A stretch of DNA of 64,000 nt from Amoebidium appalachense (taxonomy: Eukaryota; Protista; Ichthyosporea): positions 3,690,792 to 3,754,791 of the forward strand of contig CAVNZM010000012.1 of the NCBI GenBank assembly GCA_963693365.1, written 5' to 3'. Below the pieces are notes generated by a model. It did no database searches. It was not told where the DNA came from and saw only the letters and a program-made list of their open reading frames with translations. Shown here one piece after another: positions 49,166 through 58,464 of this stretch (position 1 is the first letter of the stretch; each line of letters opens with the position of its first letter). Made by a program: the position numbers and the translations under genes.

Positions 49166-49479
49166 GTAGGATGAGTAGCTTGAGTACCTACTCATCTGGT
49201 CTCCCCCCGGGTGTTCCAATTTCCTTTTGGATTGAGATTTAGGTATACCCGTAGCCCACAGTAGATGAGTACGTACTCATCCTACTCATCCTACTCACTA
49301 TATGACAATTGCATATTTTTATACCTAAAAAGGAAACCTTTACCATATTTGGGTGAGTAACATCTAGTGGGGGAAACTTGTCTGTGTTACTCAGAATGAG
49401 TACCCTGAGTAAGATATTGTTACTCATGAAACAAATAAAAAACCATTAATTTTATGCTCAGAGTAACTTGAATTACTCA
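49163..49479. promoter_or_regulatory. Putative iteron-type replication origin (TGAGTA/TACTCA about 14 times, both orientations, AT-rich core)
   Basis: Begins at the helicase stop codon (TGAGTAGGATGAGTAG...TACTCATCCTACTCATCCTACTCA...), with an AT-rich stretch at ~49300-49350. Confidence 0.6.
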
Positions 49480-49522
49480 GGGCAAAGGAAAACATTGGCT
49501 TTTTTATGCCTTAACCTCAACG

Positions 49523-50077
49523 ATGACAGATTCTCGTGGGTGGAAGTGCAACTGGCCGGAGTGTGGACGGAACTTCAGGCAGAAGGCTCACTTGGAAACC
49601 CATCTGCGAAAACACACAGGCACCCTGTTCAAATGTGATTATCCGGAGTGTTCAGCTGCATATACAACCCCAGCTTCGTTGTCAACACACATGTGGAAAC
49701 ACAAGTCAGAAAAACCCTTTATTTGCAGCGATTGTGGCAAGGATTTTATACATCCAAGTTCATATCGTGTGCATAAGAGATCGCATTCTGGCGGGAACTC
49801 TTTCAGATGTGATTATATGGGATGCAGCAAATCATACCGGCACAAGGCCAGTTTGACCGTCCACCAAAGAGTGCACACGGGCGTAAGACCATATTCCTGC
49901 CATATCTGCGCTGCCACTTTTCATACTCGATCCTCGTGGAGTCATCACGAGCGAGCACACAGACAATTGGTTGAAACAAGCAAAGTTGTGGATGGCATTC
50001 CACAAAATTTTACCCTTACGTGCTATGTAGGTGGCACAGGTCTTGGGGAACTCGTGGGCGCGCTTCCCAGGGAGTAG
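49523..50077 (+). CDS. C2H2 zinc-finger protein (5 fingers)
   Basis: Repeated CxxxxC/CxxC...HxxxH with linkers HTGTLFKC, HKSEKPFIC and HTGVRPYSC. Confidence 0.9.
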   Translation: MTDSRGWKCNWPECGRNFRQKAHLETHLRKHTGTLFKCDYPECSAAYTTPASLSTHMWKHKSEKPFICSDCGKDFIHPSSYRVHKRSHSGGNSFRCDYMGCSKSYRHKASLTVHQRVHTGVRPYSCHICAATFHTRSSWSHHERAHRQLVETSKVVDGIPQNFTLTCYVGGTGLGELVGALPRE

Positions 50078-50182
50078 GTAGATGATCTCGAGGAGGTCAC
50101 GGAATGAAGCCCCTGGGGTGAGCTTCCCCCACTCCATTGATGCGAAGTTGGCCTCGCGGGCGAGAAGGGTGGGGGGGATCAT
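49832..50182 (-). pseudogene. Truncated Bro-N-like domain fragment, antisense to the 3' end of the zinc-finger gene
   Basis: TPGASFRDLLEIIYLLPGKRAHEFPKTCATYIAR resembles LTAKQVVKLINALPGAKAAAFREKCADVFVR of ORF 62863. Similarity stops at ~50017. TATA-like TATATAAG on the minus strand at ~50254-50261. Confidence 0.55.
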
Positions 50183-50320
50183 TTCTCTGAAAAATCAAAT
50201 TTGTGTGCGCACACACAAGCATGCGCTCAGACGACACGTTGGGTGTGGCCCTGCTTATATACGCGTGCTGCACCATCCGGGGCGCAGTCGCACACACACA
50301 CGCATTGCGCGATACCTGCA

Positions 50321-50839
50321 TTATTCTCTACACTGCCGCCTATTTTTCTGTACTGATTCATATAACTGCAGCGACAGAATGTCGCACCCCATGTCATGCC
50401 AAAGGAAGTCCTTCAAAAAGTCGATTCGCAGAAGGGTTGTTCGTTTTCTCTTTGCCTCCATGGGGACAGCTCGTCCCTCGCTCATGCCCTCCTCCTCCGT
50501 CGGATCCCTCGGTGGCAGCAGCGACAGCGTGGTGTCCCAGCGCTCCCAGGTCAGCCGAAACGACTTGCCCCAATCCAGGTCGATGATCACCGCATCCCCG
50601 GCCCCCTCCAGTGGACACGTCGAAAACACCAGGTGGTTGAGTCCAGTCCTGTTCGACGTTTCCACCGACTGCAGCGGCAGCATCGTGTCCGACAGCATCG
50701 TGTCGCCCTTGCCGAGTCTTGCGTGGAGCTGTAGCGGCCGGCTTGCCACCCTGCCGGCGCCGTTCGAGTCGAACGTCATGCTGGATACAAGCAGCGACAG
50801 CCGATTGACAAATAGCTTCAGGTCCTGCTCAAAAGCCAT
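50321..50839 (-). CDS. Hypothetical protein
   Basis: ATG ORF MAFEQDLKLF preceded by GGGTATAAAAGCG (50891-50898, minus strand). Confidence 0.6.
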   Translation of the reverse strand: MAFEQDLKLFVNRLSLLVSSMTFDSNGAGRVASRPLQLHARLGKGDTMLSDTMLPLQSVETSNRTGLNHLVFSTCPLEGAGDAVIIDLDWGKSFRLTWERWDTTLSLLPPRDPTEEEGMSEGRAVPMEAKRKRTTLLRIDFLKDFLWHDMGCDILSLQLYESVQKNRRQCRE

Positions 50840-51524
50840 GGTCGGTTCTGGTGCAGATTCAGACTGGCAGCTCCCCGTGTCAGACACACGCTTTTATACC
50901 CTCCAGAGTCCCCGCCTGCGTCGGCGCACACTCATTCGCAAGGTGCCAGTTCTCGAGGCGCTGCATGACCACGAGTGCGCGCTTGCGTGTTTCGGCGTGT
51001 GTGTACGTGGGCCCGACACGGTGTGTGAGGTGCTGAGCGTGCGCTGTTGCACAAGCATGTGGACCGCAGGTGTGCGACCGGGAGACATTGTGGTGGCGTG
51101 CGAGATCAAGCGCGCAGAATCCGGGTGGCGCAAGGTGTCCCTCGAGCTCGAGGAGGGTGCGTGGACCAGCAACCTGTGCGCGGCTGGGTGCAAGCGGAGA
51201 AAGTGGTTTCACTAGACAGGGTGCTTTTGGAGTCGGATGCGGACATTTTCCGGGGGAGGGGCATGTCACACCGAAGAGGTCGGTCGAAAAAGAGAGGTCA
51301 GAGGCGTATAAAAAAGTACGTGTATGCCGATGAGTTCATGCCGAAATACCGGAGACTGGTGCTCCGACAGAGCGTGCGAGTAAAGCGCCACAAGGTGCAC
51401 TGATGTTTATGTTTATTTTTCTGATGTGAAAAATCCCCACATTTTATTTTGCCTGATGTCAAAAATCCCCACATTTTATCATAGAAGTTTTTTAATACAA
51501 AACAATGTGCATAACAAAACCCAG

Positions 51525-51638
51525 GATCACACCAATGTACGAGTCCAACCCATGAGTTTTCTATCCTCTAATGGTCCTGCGAGATCACACCAATGTACGA
51601 GTCCAACCCATGAGTTTTCTATTCTCTAATGGTCCTGC
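51525..51638. repeat. Direct duplication of ~55 bp including the MYND gene stop region
   Basis: GATCACACCAATGTACGAGTCCAACCCATGAGTTTTCTAT.CTCTAATGGTCCTGC occurs twice. AAAAATCCCCACATTTTAT also occurs twice at ~51429-51479. Confidence 0.85.
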
Positions 51639-52996
51639 CTCTGGCATTCCTCCCTGTGCTCATGCCAATGCGTAATCTGGCAGGCCTCATTGCAGTAGTA
51701 TGCGCGCCTGCAGGCTGAGCACTTCTTGGTGCAACGGGTAGCGCCGCAGGCCAGACACACCGACGACGGCAGCTGATCGACGAAGTACTTGATGGCCCGG
51801 TTGCACCAGTCAATCAGACACAGTTGCTCGATGTCCAGCGCGAGCCAATAGTTAGGACTTGCCATCCTCGCACGCCGCCGAGCCATTTCGTCCATGGTGC
51901 ATGGGGTGAGGCCGGCAGACTCGCACAGTACCCGCATCGCCATCTTCATGACGGTTTCGGCTCCCCTGCTGAGGTTGCCCGCGTGCGCGGCAGTGTAGTC
52001 CGGCTCCCGCACCACGTAGCGCTGGAAGACCGCGAAGTGCCTGACCCCCGTGAAGTACACAGCCTTATTGCGGTCGGCCCTCGTCACCGTTGGGTCCCCC
52101 CTCTGTGTCCGTTCAACTATAATACGCACCTCCTCCGCCAGGACCGCGTCCCATTTCATGTAGCGCTCCCTGTTGGAAAAGACACGGAGGTCTCTGTCGT
52201 GGAGAACTTTCAGCATCAGGTCGCAGACGGGGTCCGATTGCAAATGCAAGTGGGCATCGAAGGTGTGGACGACGATCTGGTGTTTGGACAAAGAATCTAT
52301 CGGCTCGGGGGGGTGGGTAGGGGGCTCCTTGGCGAGACACGACGTGGACGGTAACTTGTCCACAAAGTGCTGGATGGCACGTTCAGCCAAATCACAGAAC
52401 ACAACGTCGTCCATGGCATCTTCCCCAACGCTGGATGTAAACACACCCAAGGGGGAATCGACTGGCTGTTGGCTGAAGTATGCGATGGGACGGGCTGTCA
52501 GACCGGACCGCTTGCACAGCGCCCTCACCGTCAGCAGGAAAAAGCTGCCAACCCCGTCGCAGATTTTGCCCTCATAAAACGCGTCATAGTCCGCCGCCCC
52601 TAGGACGTAGCGCTGGAAGGCGGTGTAGAACGGGAATGCGAGAGAGTGCCTATGCTTAAGCAGGAGGTGTCGCGCAGCCTCCTCAAGCCCCTCCTGCCCC
52701 AGGAGGGTTTGCAACCGTGTCGGCACAAAGAACATCTCATTCTCAAAGGCTGAACGGAAACCATCAAAGAGCTCCTTTGTGTCGAAGATGCGGAGGTCGC
52801 CGTCTCTTCCAATGTCCAGCATGTGGGCCCTGACAACGGTCTTTTCGAGCTGAAATTTGTCGTTCAGCGCATAGACAATGGCGTCATACTGATCTTTGGC
52901 ATCCGAGTAATGGAGGCGGACGGCGAATGGTAAAAGCCCGCACCGTTTAACTGGATTGTCAATTCCAGTGCGTGGACGAAAACTTGTGTGGAACAT
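51626..52996 (-). CDS. MYND zinc-finger protein with an internally duplicated domain of unknown function
   Basis: C-terminal CLACGATRCTKKCSACRRAYYCNEACQITHWHEHREEC. TATA at 53066-53073 (minus strand). Confidence 0.85.
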   Translation of the reverse strand: MFHTSFRPRTGIDNPVKRCGLLPFAVRLHYSDAKDQYDAIVYALNDKFQLEKTVVRAHMLDIGRDGDLRIFDTKELFDGFRSAFENEMFFVPTRLQTLLGQEGLEEAARHLLLKHRHSLAFPFYTAFQRYVLGAADYDAFYEGKICDGVGSFFLLTVRALCKRSGLTARPIAYFSQQPVDSPLGVFTSSVGEDAMDDVVFCDLAERAIQHFVDKLPSTSCLAKEPPTHPPEPIDSLSKHQIVVHTFDAHLHLQSDPVCDLMLKVLHDRDLRVFSNRERYMKWDAVLAEEVRIIVERTQRGDPTVTRADRNKAVYFTGVRHFAVFQRYVVREPDYTAAHAGNLSRGAETVMKMAMRVLCESAGLTPCTMDEMARRRARMASPNYWLALDIEQLCLIDWCNRAIKYFVDQLPSSVCLACGATRCTKKCSACRRAYYCNEACQITHWHEHREECQRQDH

Positions 52997-53866
52997 TTCT
53001 GTAGTGAGAGCGCGCGCCCGAATGAGAGGATAGTGAAAGTGACAGGGATCAGCCTCGACCTAGCGCTTTTATATGTGGCTCTCCGATCAGTAAAGCACTG
53101 GTATGGCATGCCCACGGCGCGATCTGATTGGAGATCATCTTATTGATAGATTACGTCTCACGCGCTGAATGGTCAGTCGCGATTGGATAGTACATATAAA
53201 TTCCGATCGTCTCTTGTAATTGGTCAATTTTGACTCGATCAGATATATCATGTCCATCCAATCAAAACGCGATAGCTGTCAGCCTGGCAGGCAATTAAAG
53301 CCGCGACTCAGCTCTATGCTGACACTTTTCACTCTTCCTGTTTCTCTTCACCGACAATGTCCGGCCCACCATCTCCAAAGGCCGGCCCTGACCCAGCCGA
53401 GCAGCCTGCCAGTCCACGGCCCCCAGGGTCATTTGCCGCGTGGCCTCGGAGGAGCCCGCCGTGTGCATCCACGACTCCGACGAGGAGCCATCAGACGAGA
53501 AGCCCCCCGAGAGCAAGCGCGGGCGGTCGCCCGAGGACCCTTCACTGTCGCCTGAGAAGCGCAGCCGTGTTGAATAATAAAAAATAGAAAATAAAAAAAC
53601 GATGTATCTGACATTGATACGAAAAGAATTGAAGAACTACTGTCCCTGTGATACATAACTTTTCACAAGTGAAAGAAACCACCATGTTCCTTCCGGATCC
53701 TCACCCGAGCACACCCTGTCCATGTACCTCGTCAGTGCGTCCTCCGTCTTGGCGCGCCCTACGTCCCAGCGGTTTTTAGGTTCCATTAGCACTGCGATGC
53801 ATAATCTCTGTGTGTGCTCCCCGAGTTGCTGGGGAGGGGGCGCTCCAAACTATCTCTTCGGAAGGT

Positions 53867-54121
53867 ATGACTTCTCCGAACATTGCAAACCTGAGATTTG
53901 ACAACCCGAGTAACTCGTGGGTGCGCAGGGATGACATTGCCGCCGACCCGCACGAGTACCACCTGACCATCGACAACAGCACGCGCTTCATGCTCTACAT
54001 GGGCACTTCATTGGACGACCATGATGCACAGCTCAAGAGGGCTTCGATGTGGAGGGGCATAGCGCTTGCATGCATGGTGCTGCTCGTGCTGCTGGCCGGC
54101 GTGCTGGTGTACAGGTGGTAG
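53867..54121 (+). CDS. Small tail-anchored membrane protein (hypothetical)
   Basis: 84-aa ORF ending in the hydrophobic stretch GIALACMVLLVLLAGVLVYRW. Confidence 0.55.
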   Translation: MTSPNIANLRFDNPSNSWVRRDDIAADPHEYHLTIDNSTRFMLYMGTSLDDHDAQLKRASMWRGIALACMVLLVLLAGVLVYRW

Positions 54122-54150
54122 GGGGGGGGGGGGGGCGGGGCACTATGATG

Positions 54151-54276
54151 GGTTGTTGTTGAAGCCGTTGAACCGTTGAGGTCCGCGAGATCACCCCACA
54201 CACACACACAGCCCGTCACACTTCTATTTTAAACAACCCCCCTTCAACAGCTTCAACAGCTTTAACTCTTCAACAG
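54151..54276. repeat. Bidirectional iteron-like cluster, motif GTTGAA/TTCAAC
   Basis: GTTGAAGCCGTTGAACCGTTGAG ... CTTCAACAGCTTCAACAGCTTTAACTCTTCAACAG, directly before the TATA box of helicase 2. Confidence 0.65.
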
Positions 54277-54327
54277 GGTATAAAAGGAGCATGCATGCTT
54301 TTTTTTCTTCAGTCTACTGTAAGCATC

Positions 54328-55779
54328 ATGAGTGTTCCACCATCTTATGATGCATTCGAAGACCTTTCGGTTGACCATAGCATGTTGTTTGACCCCCACA
54401 CATGTGTTCAACGCGCAAATTGGACTTTGGATGAGGTGTTTGCCTTTTTAAGCCCAAACATCGCATATGTCAGCAGGGAAGGTGCCTATCTGGTCAAGAT
54501 TTTTGACCAGGACACGAACCTGTACAAACACCATCGCAAGACAAAGGCTGCACTCCAAGAGTTTTTGGGAGCCTTTCTATTTCAGCTTGTTCCGCATGCA
54601 AACGGCAAACAGGATACGTACAACGGTGCAAACGTGTTGAAAACACCTTGCTTTCCATACTACACCTGTTTTGTTTTTGACCCGTCATCCCCAGACCCAC
54701 GCACTGGAAACACGAAGCCAGCATACCTTGTCCAACGTTGCCGGGCATACAACATGTTCAAGGGATTGGCGCTACCCCACCAACCCGAGAACGTTTCTTG
54801 GCAGTCAGGTTCTGTCTCCCTGTTCGAACGCCACGCCTTTGAGGTGCTTTGCAACAATGACCGGGAGAGCTTTCATTATCTGATGCAATGGGTCGCACAC
54901 ATCTTCCAGTATCCTGAAGTCAAGTCTGGCACAGCGATTCTCATGAGATCGATACAGGGAATAGGGAAAAACATCTGGTGGGAGATCATCGCCAACATCA
55001 TTGGCAGTTGTTATTGTGGTTATATCACACACAGAGAGCATTTGGAGGGGAAGTTCAACGCGCATCTGGAGAACAAGCTACTGGTTGTGTGCGACGAAAT
55101 GGGTCTTGGCAGTAACAGGGAAATTGCGAACCTGATGAAGGCTCGCATCACCCAGCAGGTGAACATGATCGAGCGAAAGGGGCAGGACGCTGTGTGTGTG
55201 AAGAGTTTCGAACGCTATGTCTGGCTTTCAAACGAGAAATGGCCCGTTCGGGTGGAGGAATCGGACCGTCGTTGGGTGTGCTTGCAGGGGACCCCAGTGG
55301 TCTATCCAAGAGCCTACTACCAGAACTTTACACGATTTTACGAAGACCCTGCAAACCTACAGGCTGTCTGTGACTACTTCATGAAGATGCCCAATGTCCC
55401 CCGTGTTCTTCCGCTTCCACCCAAGACCGAACTCTGGTGCGAACTGCGTGAAATGACACAGCCAGATGAACTCCTGTTTCTCAAAGACATGGCGACAGGC
55501 GCCGAGGGCATGTCTATCGAGCAACTTCCCAACGGGGCCCGTGTTACAGCCACCACGATGCTGCATCTGTACAAGGAGTGGCTTTCACTCAACGGCAAGA
55601 CCAAGAGCATCCCGTACGCCAGTGTGAAGAGCATGGGCTCCATGCTCAGCAAGATACTTGGACCCAACAAAGGGGTGCGGAACAACCACCTGACTGTTGC
55701 ACCTGGGATGCCTGCGCTGTCCCCAACCGGAACGTCGTACGCTTTTTTGTTGGACCACGAGAAGATCAAACAGGCCTAG
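54328..55779 (+). CDS. SF3 D5/DUF5906-like helicase with putative C-terminal winged helix (intact)
   Basis: Walker A SIQGIGKN, Walker B LVVCDE, motif C WLSN, SDRR. TATAAAAG at 54279-54286 favours ATG 54328 over 54295. Confidence 0.88.
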   Translation: MSVPPSYDAFEDLSVDHSMLFDPHTCVQRANWTLDEVFAFLSPNIAYVSREGAYLVKIFDQDTNLYKHHRKTKAALQEFLGAFLFQLVPHANGKQDTYNGANVLKTPCFPYYTCFVFDPSSPDPRTGNTKPAYLVQRCRAYNMFKGLALPHQPENVSWQSGSVSLFERHAFEVLCNNDRESFHYLMQWVAHIFQYPEVKSGTAILMRSIQGIGKNIWWEIIANIIGSCYCGYITHREHLEGKFNAHLENKLLVVCDEMGLGSNREIANLMKARITQQVNMIERKGQDAVCVKSFERYVWLSNEKWPVRVEESDRRWVCLQGTPVVYPRAYYQNFTRFYEDPANLQAVCDYFMKMPNVPRVLPLPPKTELWCELREMTQPDELLFLKDMATGAEGMSIEQLPNGARVTATTMLHLYKEWLSLNGKTKSIPYASVKSMGSMLSKILGPNKGVRNNHLTVAPGMPALSPTGTSYAFLLDHEKIKQA

Positions 55780-56006
55780 CCATTCCCCAACGCTGCGCGG
55801 GGGCATGGGGGGCTGGGGGTGGCTGGGGGTGGCACACAGGGCATGGGGCCGGGGAGGAAGAGGAGGCACAGTGGTCTCACGGGCAGCACGAGGCAGGCGA
55901 GCCACGCATGCCCCTCACAGCCCCTCAGGAACCAACAGATGCTAGCTATAGGGGGGGGGGGGTACTTAAGCAGACCCGGGTTCATTTTCTCCCCATTCTT
56001 TCTACA

Positions 56007-56507
56007 ATGGACAACATGGACGATCTATACATGCAGATCGCCGCGGACATGTCCGAGAACGAGCAGCGCAAACTGGCGACATACGAAGAGTTTGAGCGGA
56101 CAACAGGCACGCGCAACAACTGGTTGGACGCAGACATTGTCGAGAATTACGAGTGGACCGAGGAGCAGATCCACACGTTCTGTCGTACACTAGTGGCTTA
56201 TTCCCGCCCGGACGGTGTGTACCTCTTCAAGCGTTTCAAGGATGGGAGATTCGTCCATGAGGTCAAGTCCAAGAAGAAGGTGGCCGACATGCTGTCCAAG
56301 TACAAGTTCAAATACAACCCGACGGGCAAAAAGGTGGAAACATACAAGGGCTCATGGCATCTGGACAGCAGCCAAATGGTCGTCTACGACGGTGGTATTG
56401 TTTTCGACCCCAGCGACCCCGACCCCAAGACCCGTGTCCGTAACCAGCGATACACGTCTACCCACAGCCGTACGTTCAACACTGCGGGGGCGCCTGGGGG
56501 GCCCTGA
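56007..56507 (+). CDS. Truncated helicase paralog (N-terminal domain only)
   Basis: EWTEEQIHTFCRTLVAYSRPDGVYLFK and IVFDPSDPDPKT...RTFN align with NWTLDEVFAFLSPNIAYVSREGAYLVK and FVFDPSSPDPRT...RAYN of 54328. The ORF ends inside a GC-rich hairpin. Confidence 0.7.
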   Translation: MDNMDDLYMQIAADMSENEQRKLATYEEFERTTGTRNNWLDADIVENYEWTEEQIHTFCRTLVAYSRPDGVYLFKRFKDGRFVHEVKSKKKVADMLSKYKFKYNPTGKKVETYKGSWHLDSSQMVVYDGGIVFDPSDPDPKTRVRNQRYTSTHSRTFNTAGAPGGP

Positions 56508-56637
56508 GGGGCATGCGAGGCACGCGAGGCCCGCGAGGCACGTGTGCCACGGGAGCCACCCACAGCCCCTCAAGCCCTCACTGGTATGCACAGCATCGGG
56601 TGTCGTGGCTTGTATATTTTTTCTAGCGCCAACTACA

Positions 56638-57333
56638 ATGGCTAGCACGCTGTGTGACGAAGGTTTGGTGAGGGACCGACTTATGCGACTGGAGGGTGGG
56701 AAGAGCGAGGTGCATACTCCCGCCGGTAGGATCGACCTGCTGACGGACACAGAAGTCATTGAAGTAAAGAAGGTTCAATATTGGAAATCGGCGATGGGGC
56801 AGGTACTTGCATACAAAGACCACTACCCCACCCATCGTGCGCGAGTCCATCTATATGGCTATGCCTCCGCTGACACGTACAAGGTAGCTGTGGAGACCAT
56901 GATGCGTCATAACATCACCGTCACGGCAGAACATGATACACTGCAGCATATATGGGGTCCAAACCCCAAATCAGAAACTACAAAGCCCAAGAATGCCCAG
57001 AGGAAGCAAGTAGAACGGCAATTTTTAAGAGATTTGCTCTCCCATACCAACGGATGTGAGGACATGACATTTATAAAGGATAGCTGCTTGGTGAGATCAT
57101 CGGGGCTGTACCAGCTATACCTTTCATGGCATAAACTGAATCTCTCTTCCACAGCGACTCCAAGTTTAAAAATCTTCGGCATGACCCTCAGGAAGATTTT
57201 GGGAAAACCCAAAGCTGCCAAAGTAAAAAGAGTTACGCGCTGGCCAGACCACCCTCGCGTGTCCGAAACAAACAAGGTTGTCTATTGCTACAGGATCGAT
57301 GGTCAGGTCATCAACAGCCCGGAGCAGCAGTAG
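56638..57333 (+). CDS. PD-(D/E)XK-like nuclease fused to the helicase-type C-terminal (winged-helix-like) domain
   Basis: EVHTPAGRIDLLTDTEVIEVK...WKSAMGQ plus QFLRDLLSHTNGCE...LYQLYLSWHKLN...PSLKIFGMTLRKILG. Confidence 0.75.
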   Translation: MASTLCDEGLVRDRLMRLEGGKSEVHTPAGRIDLLTDTEVIEVKKVQYWKSAMGQVLAYKDHYPTHRARVHLYGYASADTYKVAVETMMRHNITVTAEHDTLQHIWGPNPKSETTKPKNAQRKQVERQFLRDLLSHTNGCEDMTFIKDSCLVRSSGLYQLYLSWHKLNLSSTATPSLKIFGMTLRKILGKPKAAKVKRVTRWPDHPRVSETNKVVYCYRIDGQVINSPEQQ

Positions 57334-57405
57334 CCGTTGGAAATTATTTTCTCCCCTCTCAATAACACCATGTATCTGTGTACGTGCAAGACCCCCCAAG
57401 GCATC

Positions 57406-57630
57406 ATGGTCCGCCCATACAAGGTGTATCGGTGCACAGTCGACGGTTGCGGCTACTCCACCACCCGCAACAGCAACTTCGCGGCGCACAGCGACAGGCA
57501 TGCGGGGATTCTGCGGCACGTGTGCGCGCATGCGGGGTGCGGGCGGCAGTTTCGGTATGCCTTGAGCCTCAAGCGGCACATGCGGCTGCACACCAAAGAA
57601 CCGGGGAGCCCGAATCGGACCCGAAACTAG
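57406..57630 (+). CDS. Small C2H2 zinc-finger protein (2 fingers)
   Basis: CTVDGC...HSDRH and CAHAGCGRQF...LKRHMRLH. Confidence 0.7.
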   Translation: MVRPYKVYRCTVDGCGYSTTRNSNFAAHSDRHAGILRHVCAHAGCGRQFRYALSLKRHMRLHTKEPGSPNRTRN

Positions 57631-57777
57631 CGTGGGGCCTGGGGGCACACGAGGCACAGGAGGCACGCGTGGCTGACGGGGCACCGGTGCACACAGGCCC
57701 CTCCCAGCCACCCCCAGCCACCCACTGGCAACCAACAATCGACTGGGGGTGATTTTTATTTTCTTGTGTTGTAAGTG

Positions 57778-58464
57778 ATGGCTACCTCCGACGAGTCATA
57801 TGTCAGGGATAGACTGGCCAAGCTCGAAGGCGGAACCATTGAGGTGCGCACGCCCGCAGGACGGATCGACCTGCTGACGGCCACGGAAGTCATCGAAGTC
57901 AAGCGCGCTTCTAAATGGAAATCCGCCGTTGGGCAGGTCCTGTGCTATCAAGCCTACTGTCCGAACCATCGACCTCGGGTACATCTGTTCGATATTGCGT
58001 CCCTAGATTGCTTGAAAGTGGCAATCGAAACGATGACGCGCCTGGGCATCAGAGCCACGATCGAACCAGACACCCTGCAGCTCATTTGGAGCCCACTTCC
58101 AGCGCTGGATGTGGAGGCCGAAGAGCCAGTGGCAGAGTGCGCATCAGCTAACAATGAGATGCAATTCCTAAGGGATCTGTTGTCACACAGAAACGGATGT
58201 GAAAAATTCACATTCATCCACGACGGTTGTGCCGTGACATCAACCGGTTTGTATCAGCTTTTTCAGGAATGGCACAACGTCAACGCTGCCCAAACTCCTA
58301 TGCCAAGCACTCGGGCATTTGGGATGGCCATTACAAAAATTCTTGGACACACAAAATGCACGCTCGAACCTAGAGTTTGCAAATGGCCACTGCACCCACC
58401 AACAGGTGCCAGTGGCAAGTCAGACTGCTACTACCTGTGGGCTTCAAGGATCTTTCAGGATTAG
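57778..58464 (+). CDS. PD-(D/E)XK-like nuclease fused to the helicase-type C-terminal domain (paralog of 56638)
   Basis: EVRTPAGRIDLLTATEVIEVK...WKSAVGQ plus QFLRDLLSHRNGCE...LYQLFQEWHNVN...PSTRAFGMAITKILG. Confidence 0.75.
   Translation: MATSDESYVRDRLAKLEGGTIEVRTPAGRIDLLTATEVIEVKRASKWKSAVGQVLCYQAYCPNHRPRVHLFDIASLDCLKVAIETMTRLGIRATIEPDTLQLIWSPLPALDVEAEEPVAECASANNEMQFLRDLLSHRNGCEKFTFIHDGCAVTSTGLYQLFQEWHNVNAAQTPMPSTRAFGMAITKILGHTKCTLEPRVCKWPLHPPTGASGKSDCYYLWASRIFQD

Noticed and set aside
50082-51215. 377-aa plus-strand ORF
   Set aside because: It is largely antisense to ORF 50321-50839, which has the TATA box. No motif was recognised, though the 3' part might code.
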